This document shows positions 13,844 through 26,453 of a stretch of DNA of 64,000 bases, piece after piece; the first letter of the stretch is position 1, and each line of letters opens with the position of its first letter. The notes beneath the pieces are model-generated. The model was not told the DNA's origin. It was given only the letters and a program-made list of their open reading frames with translations, and made no database searches. The DNA is from Octopus bimaculoides. Taxonomy: Eukaryota. The stretch covers positions 1,338,631 through 1,402,630 of the forward strand of contig NC_068987.1 in NCBI RefSeq assembly GCF_001194135.2, read 5' to 3'. Position numbers and translations under genes: made by a program.

Positions 13844-14522
13844 ATGAAGGATTATCAATCCGGGCCAAATATTTATATGCTCTCTGCTGGCACACCAGGC
13901 TAACACTATTACTGAGATTAGCGAAGAACTCCAAGTAATTTTTTGGTAGGGTCCCAAGTTATGGTTTATCACAATCCTAAATTGTAAATCCCTCGATGAC
14001 TGCATGAGTGGAAAACAGGGGGGAAAACACAGTACTTTGAATACCAAAGGTAAACCGATATGCTTATTTATCGTAAAACTACAGTTCTGTGATGATAATT
14101 TTACAGCGTTAATAAAAATAAGTGTGTGTGTGTATATATTATGTGTGTATATAATATTTATCAAAGTGATCACACACAATACCTATCCATACGTATGTAT
14201 GTATGTATGTATGTGTCTATCTATCTATCTATCTATCTATCTATGCTAACACCCATATAAACAGACAGGCTAACAAATACGTAGATAGATAATTAAATGG
14301 ACAGACACATAGATAGATAGCTACAATTAAATGCCTGTAGTTGGCGTGTTGATTCACATATTCATACACGTCTTAAAAGAGTTATGATATCAGTTACGTA
14401 TACAGACACCGTTAATATTTAACCCATCTATATTACTCATCTTCTCTTTCTCACAGCTTTTCTGATACACATACACATACATGCGTATATATAAATGTGT
14501 GTGTGTGTGTGTNNNNNNNNNN

Positions 14523-14870
14523 GAAACCTGTATGTATACATATTAGCATAAAAGGAGCACTCCGTCGGTTACAACGACTAGGGTCCCAGCTGATCCGATC
14601 AACGGAACAGCTGGATCGTGAAATTAACGTGCAAGTGACTGAGCAATCCACAGACACGTGTAACCTTAACGCAGTTCTCAAGGAGATTCAGCGTGTCACA
14701 GAGTTTGACAAGGCTGGCCCTTTGAAATACAGGTAATACTCATTTTTGCCAGGTGAGTGGACTGGTACAACGTGAAATAAAGTGTATTGCTCAAGCACAC
14801 AATGCGTCGCCGAGAATTGAACTCACCTTACGATCGTGAGTCAAGTGCCCAAACCACTAAGCCACGCACC
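14523..14870 (-). mobile_element. Near full-length tRNA-derived SINE, family B
   Basis: Minus strand head 'ggtgcgtggcttagtggtttgggcacttgactcacgatcgtaaggtgagttcaattctcggcg' (A box TGGCTTAGTGG, B box GTTCAATTC), then 'tgtgcttgagcaatacactttatttcacgttg' and the family B body. Confidence 0.9.
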
Positions 14871-15085
14871 CTCACACTTCAGCATACATATATGTGTGTG
14901 TATGAGTGTTTATTAATTTGCAAATGTCGTCAAAGACAAAATGAAGTACTCAACACATGTAAAATATAAATTGATAGGAGCGATGGTCAATGTGTGACTG
15001 ACTTCACAAGTTTCCTGAACGAGAATAGAAATGTTGCATCTATAGACAGGAAATCTAACAAAATCCTGTGGCCATTTCAGAATAC

Positions 15086-15129
<44 letters not shown>

Positions 15130-17516
15130 NNNNNNNNNNNNNNNNNNNNNNNNNNNNNNNNNNNNNNNNNNNNNNNNNNNNNNNNNNNNNNNNNNNNNNN
15201 NNNNNNNNNNNNNNNNNNNNNNNNNNNNNNNNNNNNNNNNNNNNNNNNNNNNNNNNNNNNNNNNNNNNNNNNNNNNNNNNNNNNNNNNNNNNNNNNNNNN
15301 NNNNNNNNNNNNNNNNNNNNNNNNNNNNNNNNNNNNNNNNNNNNNNNNNNNNNNNNNNNNNNNNNNNNNNNNNNNNNNNNNNNNNNNNNNNNNNNNNNNN
15401 NNNNNNNNNNNNNNNNNNNNNNNNNNNNNNNNNNNNNNNNNNNNNNNNNNNNNNNNNNNNNNNNNNNNNNNNNNNNNNNNNNNNNNNNNNNNNNNNNNNN
15501 NNNNNNNNNNNNNNNNNNNNNNNNNNNNNNNNNNNNNNNNNNNNNNNNNNNNNNNNNNNNNNNNNNNNNNNNNNNNNNNNNNNNNNNNNNNNNNNNNNNN
15601 NNNNNNNNNNNNNNNNNNNNNNNNNNNNNNNNNNNNNNNNNNNNNNNNNNNNNNNNNNNNNNNNNNNNNNNNNNNNNNNNNNNNNNNNNNNNNNNNNNNN
15701 NNNNNNNNNNNNNNNNNNNNNNNNNNNNNNNNNNNNNNNNNNNNNNNNNNNNNNNNNNNNNNNNNNNNNNNNNNNNNNNNNNNNNNNNNNNNNNNNNNNN
15801 NNNNNNNNNNNNNNNNNNNNNNNNNNNNNNNNNNNNNNNNNNNNNNNNNNNNNNNNNNNNNNNNNNNNNNNNNNNATATATATATATATATATATATACT
15901 GTTCTATTGGTTTCCGCAGGAGGCAGAGACCCCCTTGTGCCAGCACCATTAACTGTGTAAAGCCAGAGATGAAGTCAAAAGCAATTCAAAATGAAGCTGA
16001 AGTATTACTCAATACGCTTTAGAAGAAGCCATGTGTATTAAAAATATTACAAGCAGATGCTTTGAAAGTGACTTCCAAGTGTCGGCTTCCTTGCGTTCTC
16101 CTGATGAATGCGAGCAAGACGAAACGTCGAAGTCACAGTCAATCTGTTTTCGCAATATATATATACTTACATATAACACACACACACACAGACACACACA
16201 CACACACATATAAAACATTAGGGTTATGGTTTGAGGGACGTTTAGTTGCTTGTTCTGTGAGGCGTAGAAACGACGAACATCTCGCCGACGTTGGTTCGAG
16301 CGCCTTTGATCGATTGTTGTAACTGATAGATTAGCATTGTATTGTTATTGTTGCTAGTAATCCTTCTTGATCACATCGATACCAACATAAGTCATTTGTG
16401 AGCCGATATTTGCAACACACTCACTCACAACTCTCCACGTTATTACCATCTCCTAATGGCGGCTGTCTTTTTCCAACTTCCTTTTAGCGGATGTAATCAG
16501 TTATTGTAAAGAAAGAAGTTGAATACTTTTCAATTAGTTTAGAGGAAGTTGTATTATGTAGTGGGCAAATGGTGCTTGGCTTTATTATTGTGTTTTTTTT
16601 CAACTGAAAACTTTTTAAATTATCTTCTGGTCTAAAGAATATTTTCAATTTTTTGTTTTTGCTTGTGTTTTGTTTTCCTTTTTGGTTCTACTTCGTTATA
16701 TTACAAATTCTTTAGCTGTTTTCTTTTTTCTTAAACCATTAACAATATTTCATTTAATAATAGTTTTACCGAATATTGGAAAGTCTCTTTAGTATCAAAG
16801 GTGACAACTAACGCCAGAATCTTCCGACGAAACGCAAAATTCAGTAAGAGGCCATTTTCTGTTTATCTTGAAGACTTTTCACCTTGTTCAAATATTTAAT
16901 CAAGAAATTGTCGATTTTTTGCCAAGTTGAAAGAAAACCCAGAAACACCAGCAACATTTTGAAATAAAAAAAATACACGAAAACCAAAAAAAAATAAAAA
17001 AAATTATATTTTGTTTCCTTCACATAATAATATAATACATTTTTTTTCCTGAATTTATAAGAAACGAAATCAATAATGCTATTATTTGATGTAAATTTTA
17101 AAACTACATTTATCAAAATTGTGAACAGTTCATCATAACTGTTTAAAACAAAATCTATTTTAAATTTTGTCACATTGTTTCTATATTAATAATAATAATG
17201 ATAGTAGTAGTGGTTGTAGTAGTCGTGGTGGTGGTGGTTGTAGCGAGACAGTTGTTTTTGCCTTTGTGACTTTTGTTTATGCAGTAATTATTCATTCCGA
17301 ACATGTCTCAATTAATAACACAAAATCGGAACAAATTTCACGTAAAAACAAAAAAACAAACAAAATGATTTATCCTGATTATATTTCTAACAAAGACGTC
17401 CTCAAGTCATAGCAATTTATACTCAAAGTGAATTATAATGTTATTTTGCCGATAAACTTTGATGCTCTCTCTCTCTCTCTCCTTCTCTCTCTCTCTCTCT
17501 CTCTCTNNNNNNNNNN

Positions 17517-17557
<41 letters not shown>

Positions 17558-17988
17558 AGTTTCTCCAAAGAAGATTTCATGGAGCGAATCGAAGTGTAAT
17601 AAATGCGATACGTTTCTCTTACTTCTAGCAGTCTTTAACGTTCTGTCCTTTTCGTTTGTACTTCTTTACTTAAAATCTAGCAGCGATCATCGTTGGGAGA
17701 TTTTGTAATTAGGTAAACGTTTAGAACAAACAGTTTAGGCATGTGCACATTAGGCTATTTGGTCACAAAGTTCCACTCATTCTCATACTTAGACCTCAAG
17801 TTCCACTCATAGCCATACTTGACTTTTAAGATTCATTCATGGGACAATTATTGACGAAAACACGTCTAAATTCATTTATAATGGTATACACAACATACAG
17901 ATATACATATATACTAAAGAAATACACCAGTCCATCAATAGATGCTTTCATTCATATACATACATGCATGCATATATATATATATATA

Positions 17989-18020
<32 letters not shown>

Positions 18021-18173
18021 CACATGCATACAAACATAGATGTACACACACATAACTATATTTATCAACGTGGCCACAAGTATTGAGATCTATGTCAAAT
18101 GATATTTGCTCTAATATCACACATGTATATGAGTATGTGTGATCGTGAGTCACTTTATAACATACTAAAAATC

Positions 18174-18272
<99 letters not shown>

Positions 18273-18446
18273 TATAAGCTCGTATATGTTTATGCATATA
18301 GATAGTCTTATGAATTTTGCAAATCTCTAGGAAGATTCTTGTTAAACTTTACGTCACAATAAATTCTCTTAATGAAACATTTGTAGATATACCATAAAAT
18401 CCATTCGTCCGCTTACAATACATACATACATATATACATACATACA

Positions 18447-18484
<38 letters not shown>

Positions 18485-18502
18485 CATACATACACACACA
18501 TT

Positions 18503-18540
<38 letters not shown>

Positions 18541-21090
18541 CATACACACACATTTATATACATACGCACATATATATATATAAATATAAAGGTGTGTATG
18601 ATATAAATCCCACTTGCATACAAACACATTCATTATCTCTCTCTGTTTGTCCCCCTTTAATATGATTTTACATCAGATCTCATCTATTTTTAACAATATA
18701 CCGCATGAGATACATTGTACTTTTTGTCTACCAACACTTATTCAAATGATTCTTTCCTATATACAAAACGCACACACAAACACACTTATTGTCAAATACA
18801 CAGATGCACACATGGATATGTACTATACACAAATATATCTCATTCTTTATCTTTATATCTTTTTGGTCTATATATAATCACATATTCACAAACATACACA
18901 CACATAGATTGATAGATAGATTGATAGATAGATAGATTGATAGATACNNNNNNNNNNNNNNNNNNNNNNNNNNNNNNNNNNNNNNNNNNNNNNNNNNNNN
19001 NNNNNNNNNNNNNNNNNNNNNNNNNNNNNNNNNNNNNNNNNNNNNNNNNNNNNNNNNNNNNNNNNNNNNNNNNNNNNNNNNNNNNNNNNNNNNNNNNNNN
19101 NNNNNNNNNNNNNNNNNNNNNNNNNNNNNNNNNNNNNNNNNNNNNNNNNNNNNNNNNNNNNNNNNNNNNNNNNNNNNNNNNNNNNNNNNNNNNNNNNNNN
19201 NNNNNNNNNNNNNNNNNNNNNNNNNNNNNNNNNNNNNNNNNNNNNNNNNNNNNNNNNNNNNNNNNNNNNNNNNNNNNNNNNNNNNNNNNNNNNNNNNNNN
19301 NNNNNNNNNNNNNNNNNNNNNNNNNNNNNNNNNNNNNNNNNNNNNNNNNNNNNNNNNNNNNNNNNNNNNNNNNNNNNNNNNNNNNNNNNNNNNNNNNNNN
19401 NNNNNNNNNNNNNNNNNNNNNNNNNNNNNNNNNNNNNNNNNNNNNNNNNNNNNNNNNNNNNNNNNNNNNNNNNNNNNNNNNNNNNNNNNNNNNNNNNNNN
19501 NNNNNNNNNNNNNNNNNNNNNNNNNNNNNNNNNNNNTCACAAACATACACACACATAGATTGATAGATAGATTGATAGATAGATAGATTGATAGATACAC
19601 AAACATAAACTGTTATAATATATAGGTACACATGTATATATTTCTTTGTCTATGAATAGAAATACATTAAAAACTTTATATTTGTAGACGAGCACATACA
19701 CAAGTGTATGCATCTATGTGTGTGTGTGTCTGTTCATATACCTACGTATTCGTACAGATATAAAATATACATATTGTGTTCAGGTGTGAAAATGCGTGTG
19801 CAAGTACCTGTATGTGTGTGTTTTCTTCTGCTCTTTTTTCCCCCTCTCTGTCTCTTACCCCTGCGCTGTTCCTTCAGTTGTGTATAGAAATGTTTCTCTT
19901 ATCCCCTGCTGAACTCGATGTTAGCAGTTTGACGTTGATGCCTTTAACAACGCCGCATACACTTTCTGAGATGTACCTTGTCGACCCCCGCTACAAATTC
20001 TTCGTTTAATTATTCATCTCGAATGCCATTTAGAATATAAAAGGAATTTCCATTTTCTATTTTTTCCTCTCATTCTTTCGCTTCTATTTTGTAAAATGTT
20101 CTCCTCATGAAATGATTATTATAGATTGAACGTAATATATTACATGGTGTGATATCATAAATCGAACGGAACATTTAATCAAAGCATATCACTAGAGAAA
20201 GAAAACACTTAGATAGACTTGAATAACGACAGGAAAGATTATGGTTATGGCAGAACGGAATTATCAAGAAACTCCTTTTATATATAGGCATATGCAAAAC
20301 TCTGTTTTATTACCGGATAACAGTGGTGGTGCGGGTAGTTGAGGTTGTGTAATGGGATTTAAAAAATTGAAATAAACTGTTGTATGTGTTTGAAAATATT
20401 TAGGGAGGTTATGGAGAGGAGTTCAAGTTAAGTGTTAAACGGAGGAATTTTTAGAATGAATCAATTTGTCAATAGATTTATGAATATTTTCAGTCAATAG
20501 ATTTAGGCTGAATGTTCGTTACAGCATATGACACGTCGCATTATATATGATGCGCCACAATATATATGACCTGACATAAAATGTATAGTGTATCACATGA
20601 TGATTCACAATAAATGGAGCGTAATATCACAATATATGATGTAAGGCAGCATATTATACAACAGAGTATATACGTCAGAATATGTGATACACCACTAGAC
20701 GTAACCCGGCATAATATGTAAGATTCATGATATTATATAATCAATCGCTATATTTAGGACACATTACTACATATGACATATCATAATAAATTCTATATCA
20801 CAATATATGATGCATCACAGATTGTGACACGTCACGATCTACTATTCATCAGCATATCTGGCATGTTACGATATATGACTTGTTATAAATCACATCACAA
20901 AATATAATCTATCAATATATAACAAAAATATATAAGAAATATATAAGAAACATTACGTTATAAGATACCTCATATATTATATAATACGATATATTTATAC
21001 AACACAATATATGACTCGGCACAATATATGTTATACATCACAAAATGTAATACTTCATACAAGACGTCGGATTAAATGATTAGTTACATA

Positions 21091-21590
21091 AAGGCGGCGA
21101 GCTGGCAGAATCACTAAGCACGTCGGGCAAATCGCTCAGCGGCATTTCGTCTACCTTACCCTCTGAGTGCCGCCGGGATTGGTTTTCGCTCAGCGGCATT
21201 TCGTCTACCTTACCCTCTGAGTGCCGCCGGGATTGGTTTTCGCTCAGANNNNNNNNNNNNNNNNNNNNNNNNNNNNNNNNNNNNNNNNNNNNNNNNNNNN
21301 NNNNNNNNNNNNNNNNNNNNNNNATCGCTCAGCGGCATTTCGTCTACCTTACCCTCTGAGTGCCGCCGGGATTGGTTTTCGCTCAGCGGCATTTCGTCTA
21401 CCTTACCCTCTGAGTGCCGCCGGGATTGGTTTTCGCTCAGAGGCATTTCGTCTACCTTACCCTCTGAGTGCCGCCGGGATTGGTTTTGCATTTCATCCTT
21501 TCGTCGTCGTTAATATAATTACAATTTGAGCACTGGGGCGGGGGTCGATGTAATTAACTTACCCCTGCCATGAAACTGCTGGCCTTGTGT
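21091..21590 (+). mobile_element. SINE family A with internal 54-bp tandem amplification
   Basis: Head 'aaggcggcgagctggcagaatc', 54-bp units at 21133, 21187, 21241 (partial), 21326, 21380 and 21434, then tail 'tttcatcctttcg...ggggtcgatgtaat'. Confidence 0.9.
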
Positions 21591-21960
21591 CACATTTCGA
21601 TACCAAAAATCTGATTTAACGAAAGTCAGACTTTCCTGTGTAACTGAAATGTTCAAGTAACTGAGTGCAACAAACCGATGAAATTCCTCCCAGATTTTCC
21701 TTCGCATATTATCTGGAGTTCTGCCTACAAAGAAGTCTTTACTCCTAGTCAGAGCTTATTAGAAATAGCAGCTTTTTTCTCCTTCCTAAATAATACTTGA
21801 CCTGTTTGTATGAAGTGGTATGGAGAAAATGAGCACTTGTAAAAGAAACAGGAGACACTTATTAATATAAATGTCAAATAAATTGAATCTTGTGCTCCAG
21901 TCTGACCGTGGAACTATAACCGAAATCACTAAAATACACAATAATAATAATAATGATATA

Positions 21961-21996
<36 letters not shown>

Positions 21997-22094
21997 CACG
22001 TTTATATACATGAATTATCTATGTATTCATATATATATATATAAAGTATATAAATTCCCATGTGTGTATAAATACATGTATATACATATACATA

Positions 22095-22869
22095 CATAGT
22101 CTGATCAATAAGAATCCGGACTGTTGCCATAGTAACGAAGCTAAAAATATACAGTGAAGCCGCTTGGTACTGATTGACCTTGAACTCTGCTGTGCATGCG
22201 CATTCAGTTTCAGTTTTCTGGCAGCAAATGTTGTCCAAAGCTTGGCCATACCTGGTCAGTGGCCTAAGCAATGTTTTCAGAAAGTTTTCATCGTTCTCGA
22301 CACAAAGAAGGAGATCTTGTGCAACTGAAGCCCGATCGCCTTTTTGGTCAGCTGAAAGCAATTTTGTATCAAACTCGGCAGACACGCATCTCTGTAATAA
22401 TGGACTGAACTGAACCGTATATGATCTGCACCTCCTCTCATTTCCCACGGATGGTGGTTCGACGATCTTCCATAACGGCTGCACACGCATCTCCGATGTT
22501 CTTCTCAGTTCTGCTGGTTGCCTGTCTTCCACAACGTTCGCCAATATCGACATTTTTTCGACCATGTTTGAAACATCTGAACCACTCGTACATGTGTGCC
22601 GCTCATACACTCCCCTCCATACACTTTCTGCAAGTTTGTGTAGGCCCTTGCGCAGGTATCACCATCACAACTGTCTCTCTCATGGTCAATGCGACGATTA
22701 CACGCTACACATCTTCCTTAGAAGCACTGCTATAAACAGCGGAAGTGAGCTAAAGCTTAGTGCGCATGCACAGCAGAGGTCGGGGTCAATCTTTGCCAAA
22801 CGGCTTCGCTCTGCATGCTTTTACTTCCGTTACTATGGCACAGTCCGGATATTTATTGATCAGACCTCG
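22095..22869 (-). mobile_element. Internally deleted Tc1/mariner (mariner-type) DNA transposon with long TIRs and TA target sites
   Basis: Ends TA-catagtctgatcaataagaatccggactg... and ...cagtccggatatttattgatcagacctcg-TA, with TIR similarity of about 120 bp. Frameshifted minus-strand transposase N-terminus: YEWFRCFKHGRKNVDIGERCGRQATSRTEKN...EDRRTTIRE / VSAEFDTKLLSADQKGDRASVAQDLLLCVENDENFLKTL. Confidence 0.92.
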
Positions 22870-23283
22870 TACATGCATATAGAAAGTAGATATATGATTG
22901 CCTTATGTTCATAAATTAGAATATATATCATGTTGCGGCGGCGGCGGCGGCGGTGGTGGTGGTGGTGGAGGAGTATTATAAATGAGTGTTTGTGTGTAGA
23001 AGCTATAAGGATCTCTTTAGTAATTAATATTAAAATGTGAAGTCGTTGAAAGCCTGACTTGAAAAGGGAAACTGGTTTTACCGCCCATTGAATGAAAGTT
23101 TAATATGTGTTCCACCTGCATTTACCATAATCTATATATTATCGTTTTACATAATGTAAAATATGTCACTTCTGTATGACTTCCGCAAGAATCCACAAGA
23201 TTGAAAAATTTGAAAAGCTTTTTGTGAGCAGTATACGTATACATACAGCATATATATACGCAATTACGTGTGTATGAATGTAT

Positions 23284-23320
<37 letters not shown>

Positions 23321-23645
23321 CGTGAATAATTTCTAAAGTACAACATAGCCCTAAATTTAATCAATAAAGATTTCTCCACAACACCTCTCCATATCAACCC
23401 ACCTTCAAACATAATTACCACTCCACTGAAAACTATATACACAGAAAAGATTTTAACCCAACAGAGACTATATAAAGTCAAGGTTAACTTCAATGATTCA
23501 CACTCCGACTATGGCTTAACTAGCCGAAGCTTCGAAGTTACTGTCAACTATATTCTTGTTTTAGAATAATAAATTTGTACCCTACAAAAGTATAGAACAA
23601 CCAATCAGATTACTGTAAAATTGTAATTTTTTTGTAACTGAATAC

Positions 23646-23695
<50 letters not shown>

Positions 23696-25169
23696 TGTAT
23701 ATAAATATATACACGCAAACGTATCCACAAATATATGCACACATCACATATGTATATGAATGTATTATTTTAAAGTAAATAAGAATCCTCAGCCTTATGT
23801 TTCGCTATATTCAAGATTTTAAACGAATAACTCTTTTCAACGCTCAGAATTTAAAGGTGGTAACGGTATGGGCTATTTGTCTTCTAGGTATTCATTGAAG
23901 AAATGGATATGTTTGATATTCAATTGAAAAGAAAAAAAAAAGGAATGGATTGTATCAACCTTAAAATAATTAAGGTTAAAAATGAAGGACGGCTCCGTAG
24001 GATAGTTTAGCGAATATTATTATTCGACAAACCTAAATTGTTTTCGTTCTGATTTCTGTTTTGACTAATTTAGAATCTCTTCTCATTTTTTACTCCTCTC
24101 TCTTTATACTTCTCTTTGTACTGTGGATATATAACCATCTTAACTTTTCTCTAGCTGGTCCTGTAGTGGCTATCTTAATTGTATATGAGACTGAAGTCGT
24201 TTGAAATCGATGGCTCTGAGGCTGCTGTTTCTAGCAAATCTATCACCCACAGTGTGCCCCACAAGTAGTACCGACTGTTAGCACTGGCTGCCATTGTTAC
24301 TGACCACAGTGTTTGTAGCAAGTAATGTTTACAATTTGATTCAGTGAGAAAGGAGGGAAAGAAGGCGCGGAGGTAGGAAGAGAACAAACGTTAATTAGAT
24401 TGTATAGCAAACTCAAGAGATAGCTGGAAATTCAATATAATTCCAGATTTAAAGTCGGCTTCTCAGACTGATATTTACTATTCAATATCAAAAATTAGAT
24501 ATTTATTCTTCAACACAATATATGGATAATGCATGCATGCATACATACATACATACATATATACATACATACATACATACATGTGTAAGTATGTGAAACA
24601 AGTTTTATTTTAGAGATATTGTGGCAAAAACACGACAATGTTTGTGATTTATCTTTTAATACATTCTTATGAGTTCCAGACAATTACTATTTATTTATTC
24701 ATCTTTTAATGTGAAGAGTAATTTGCTCATTCATCATCAATACATCTTGACGTTTTCAGTCTTATCTTCAGTTTGCTGTTCTTTTGGTGCATATTGTGGC
24801 AGCTTTATTGGTAAGACTAACAAGGTTAGTGTTCACCTTATTGCCAGAATAGGAATATTTGTCCGTCAGCACAGTACATCAATGCTCAAGCGGCACTTTT
24901 GATTTGCGATTAGTAAACTTTTTGTGCATCTTTATTTTTAGACTGAAATTATGAGTTTTGCAGCCATCATTAATCGCCTGTTTTCTGCGTAATTATGTAT
25001 AGAATAGATACATAGATGTTTTTAGTTAATGGTATCCTATTTAGCATTCTTTCATGTCATGAAATATACACCACTTTGTTTTCTTCTTGCTCTAATTTCC
25101 TGTGGAGCCGGCAAAGTAAGGGACATATTTCTAAGGTCATTATGACTGTAAAAGTCGTGAACTTTACAA

Positions 25170-25320
25170 CATTTACAGTTGCAATGAAATTTCTTAATCA
25201 CAATGATCATCAATGGATGCTTGTGGACTTAAAAAGCTGCCTATTTACGTGGAGAGTGTGGAATTTTAAATCGGGAATGAAAACGCCACCGTGTTCACCG
25301 AGAACAAAGAAAATGTTCTA
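25170..25320 (+). mobile_element. Possible CMC/Chapaev-like transposase remnant
   Basis: KFLNHNDHQWMLVDLK...KSGMKTPPC resembles the H.W..C.DLK...Q.GYTK.PC motif as I recall it. Short and degenerate. Confidence 0.3.
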
Positions 25321-25944
25321 GAACAAGCACTGCAATTAAATCTAATGACTCTTGTATAAAGCGATGAATCTTTAGATTTATAACTCTCAAGTGGCTATTT
25401 TAAACACCCAGGAGTATAGCTGAGTACATCGACACTAAAGAGAAGAGTTTTCGTTTACATTTCATATAATTATTCTCAAAGGCCAAATCTTCATTATTTT
25501 ATGTCTTCCGTTCATTACAGTTTCGCTTTTACTTTGTTTTACGAGAACCATTTTGTTGGTGGTTGCTGCTTGAATGATGGCAAACTTACTACGTTTCTTA
25601 ATAAAGCAGTTAAACGACTCACCATTGGCATATTTATCTTGCCGCACTTTAATTAATAGTGATGAATAACACTGGTGATGATGACAGTACTTTTTTTTCA
25701 TCCTACTTAATGTCTACCTTAAATCACACAATATTTTCTTTCTAATATCAACTAAAATTTTACATTAAAGTACAGACTTTGAGCACGGCTCGGAAATAGT
25801 TTTTTTGTTGTTTCAGGACGAATGAATATGAAAATGTCGTTCAGTAATGTTAAAAAGCCCCACATCAACGAACGCAAACAAAAAACGAGAAGAATATTTT
25901 ATATATTAAGGAAGTGAGTTAAAAATTATAAGGGCTATCAGAGC

Positions 25945-26075
25945 CGTAGCCTTTTAGAGATTTTTGGAACCACGTCTCTCATAGGTTCTGAGTTCAAATT
26001 TCGCTGAGGTAAACACTTTCTTTCAGGTTACCGGAATCGTTACAATAAAGTGTCAATCAATTACTGGGATCAATG
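25945..26075 (+). mobile_element. Degenerate SINE family A
   Basis: 'gttctgagttcaaatttcgctgaggtaaac...atcgttacaataaagt...tactgggatcaatgc'. Confidence 0.65.
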
Positions 26076-26419
26076 CAGTTGGTTAATTTTGGAATCGATT
26101 TGCCGTCTTCAGGCAAGAGTCTGCTGATGAGAATCAAATTCACAATGCTTAATGTTGCTTGCGTCGTAACTGCGAATGTGGATTTAGACCTCCACAAGTA
26201 TAGGTATCCCTTTAAAGACCCGCGATTTCAGGTACTAGTAGCTTTGAAGGAGATTGTTTTAACTGAGAGTCGATGAAAGAAATGATGGACAAAGACTTTA
26301 AGAGCAGAAGATAATCAGTAATTCAACTTAAAATATTTTTTCCAGAATATGTCGTTACCTACTTATCCCTCTTGTAACTAAGAAATATTATTCCTGTAAC
26401 CAAACTCTTTTTATTTGAC

Positions 26420-26453
<34 letters not shown>

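Noticed and set aside
18886-19599. Identical 62-bp sequence on both sides of a gap
   Set aside because: Most simply an assembly overlap, not a biological repeat.
21133-21487. CRISPR-like array
   Set aside because: The units are contiguous with no unique spacers, there are no cas genes, and the context is a eukaryotic SINE.
23505-23540. ccgacta-t-GGCT-taact-AGCC-gaag-cttcgaag hammerhead-like relic
   Set aside because: Several catalytic-core positions differ and helix I is absent. It may be an ancient copy but cannot be supported.
24669-24902. CGSFIGKTNK resembling a GIY-YIG motif
   Set aside because: A single short motif without the supporting upstream tyrosine motif or the conserved Arg/Glu.
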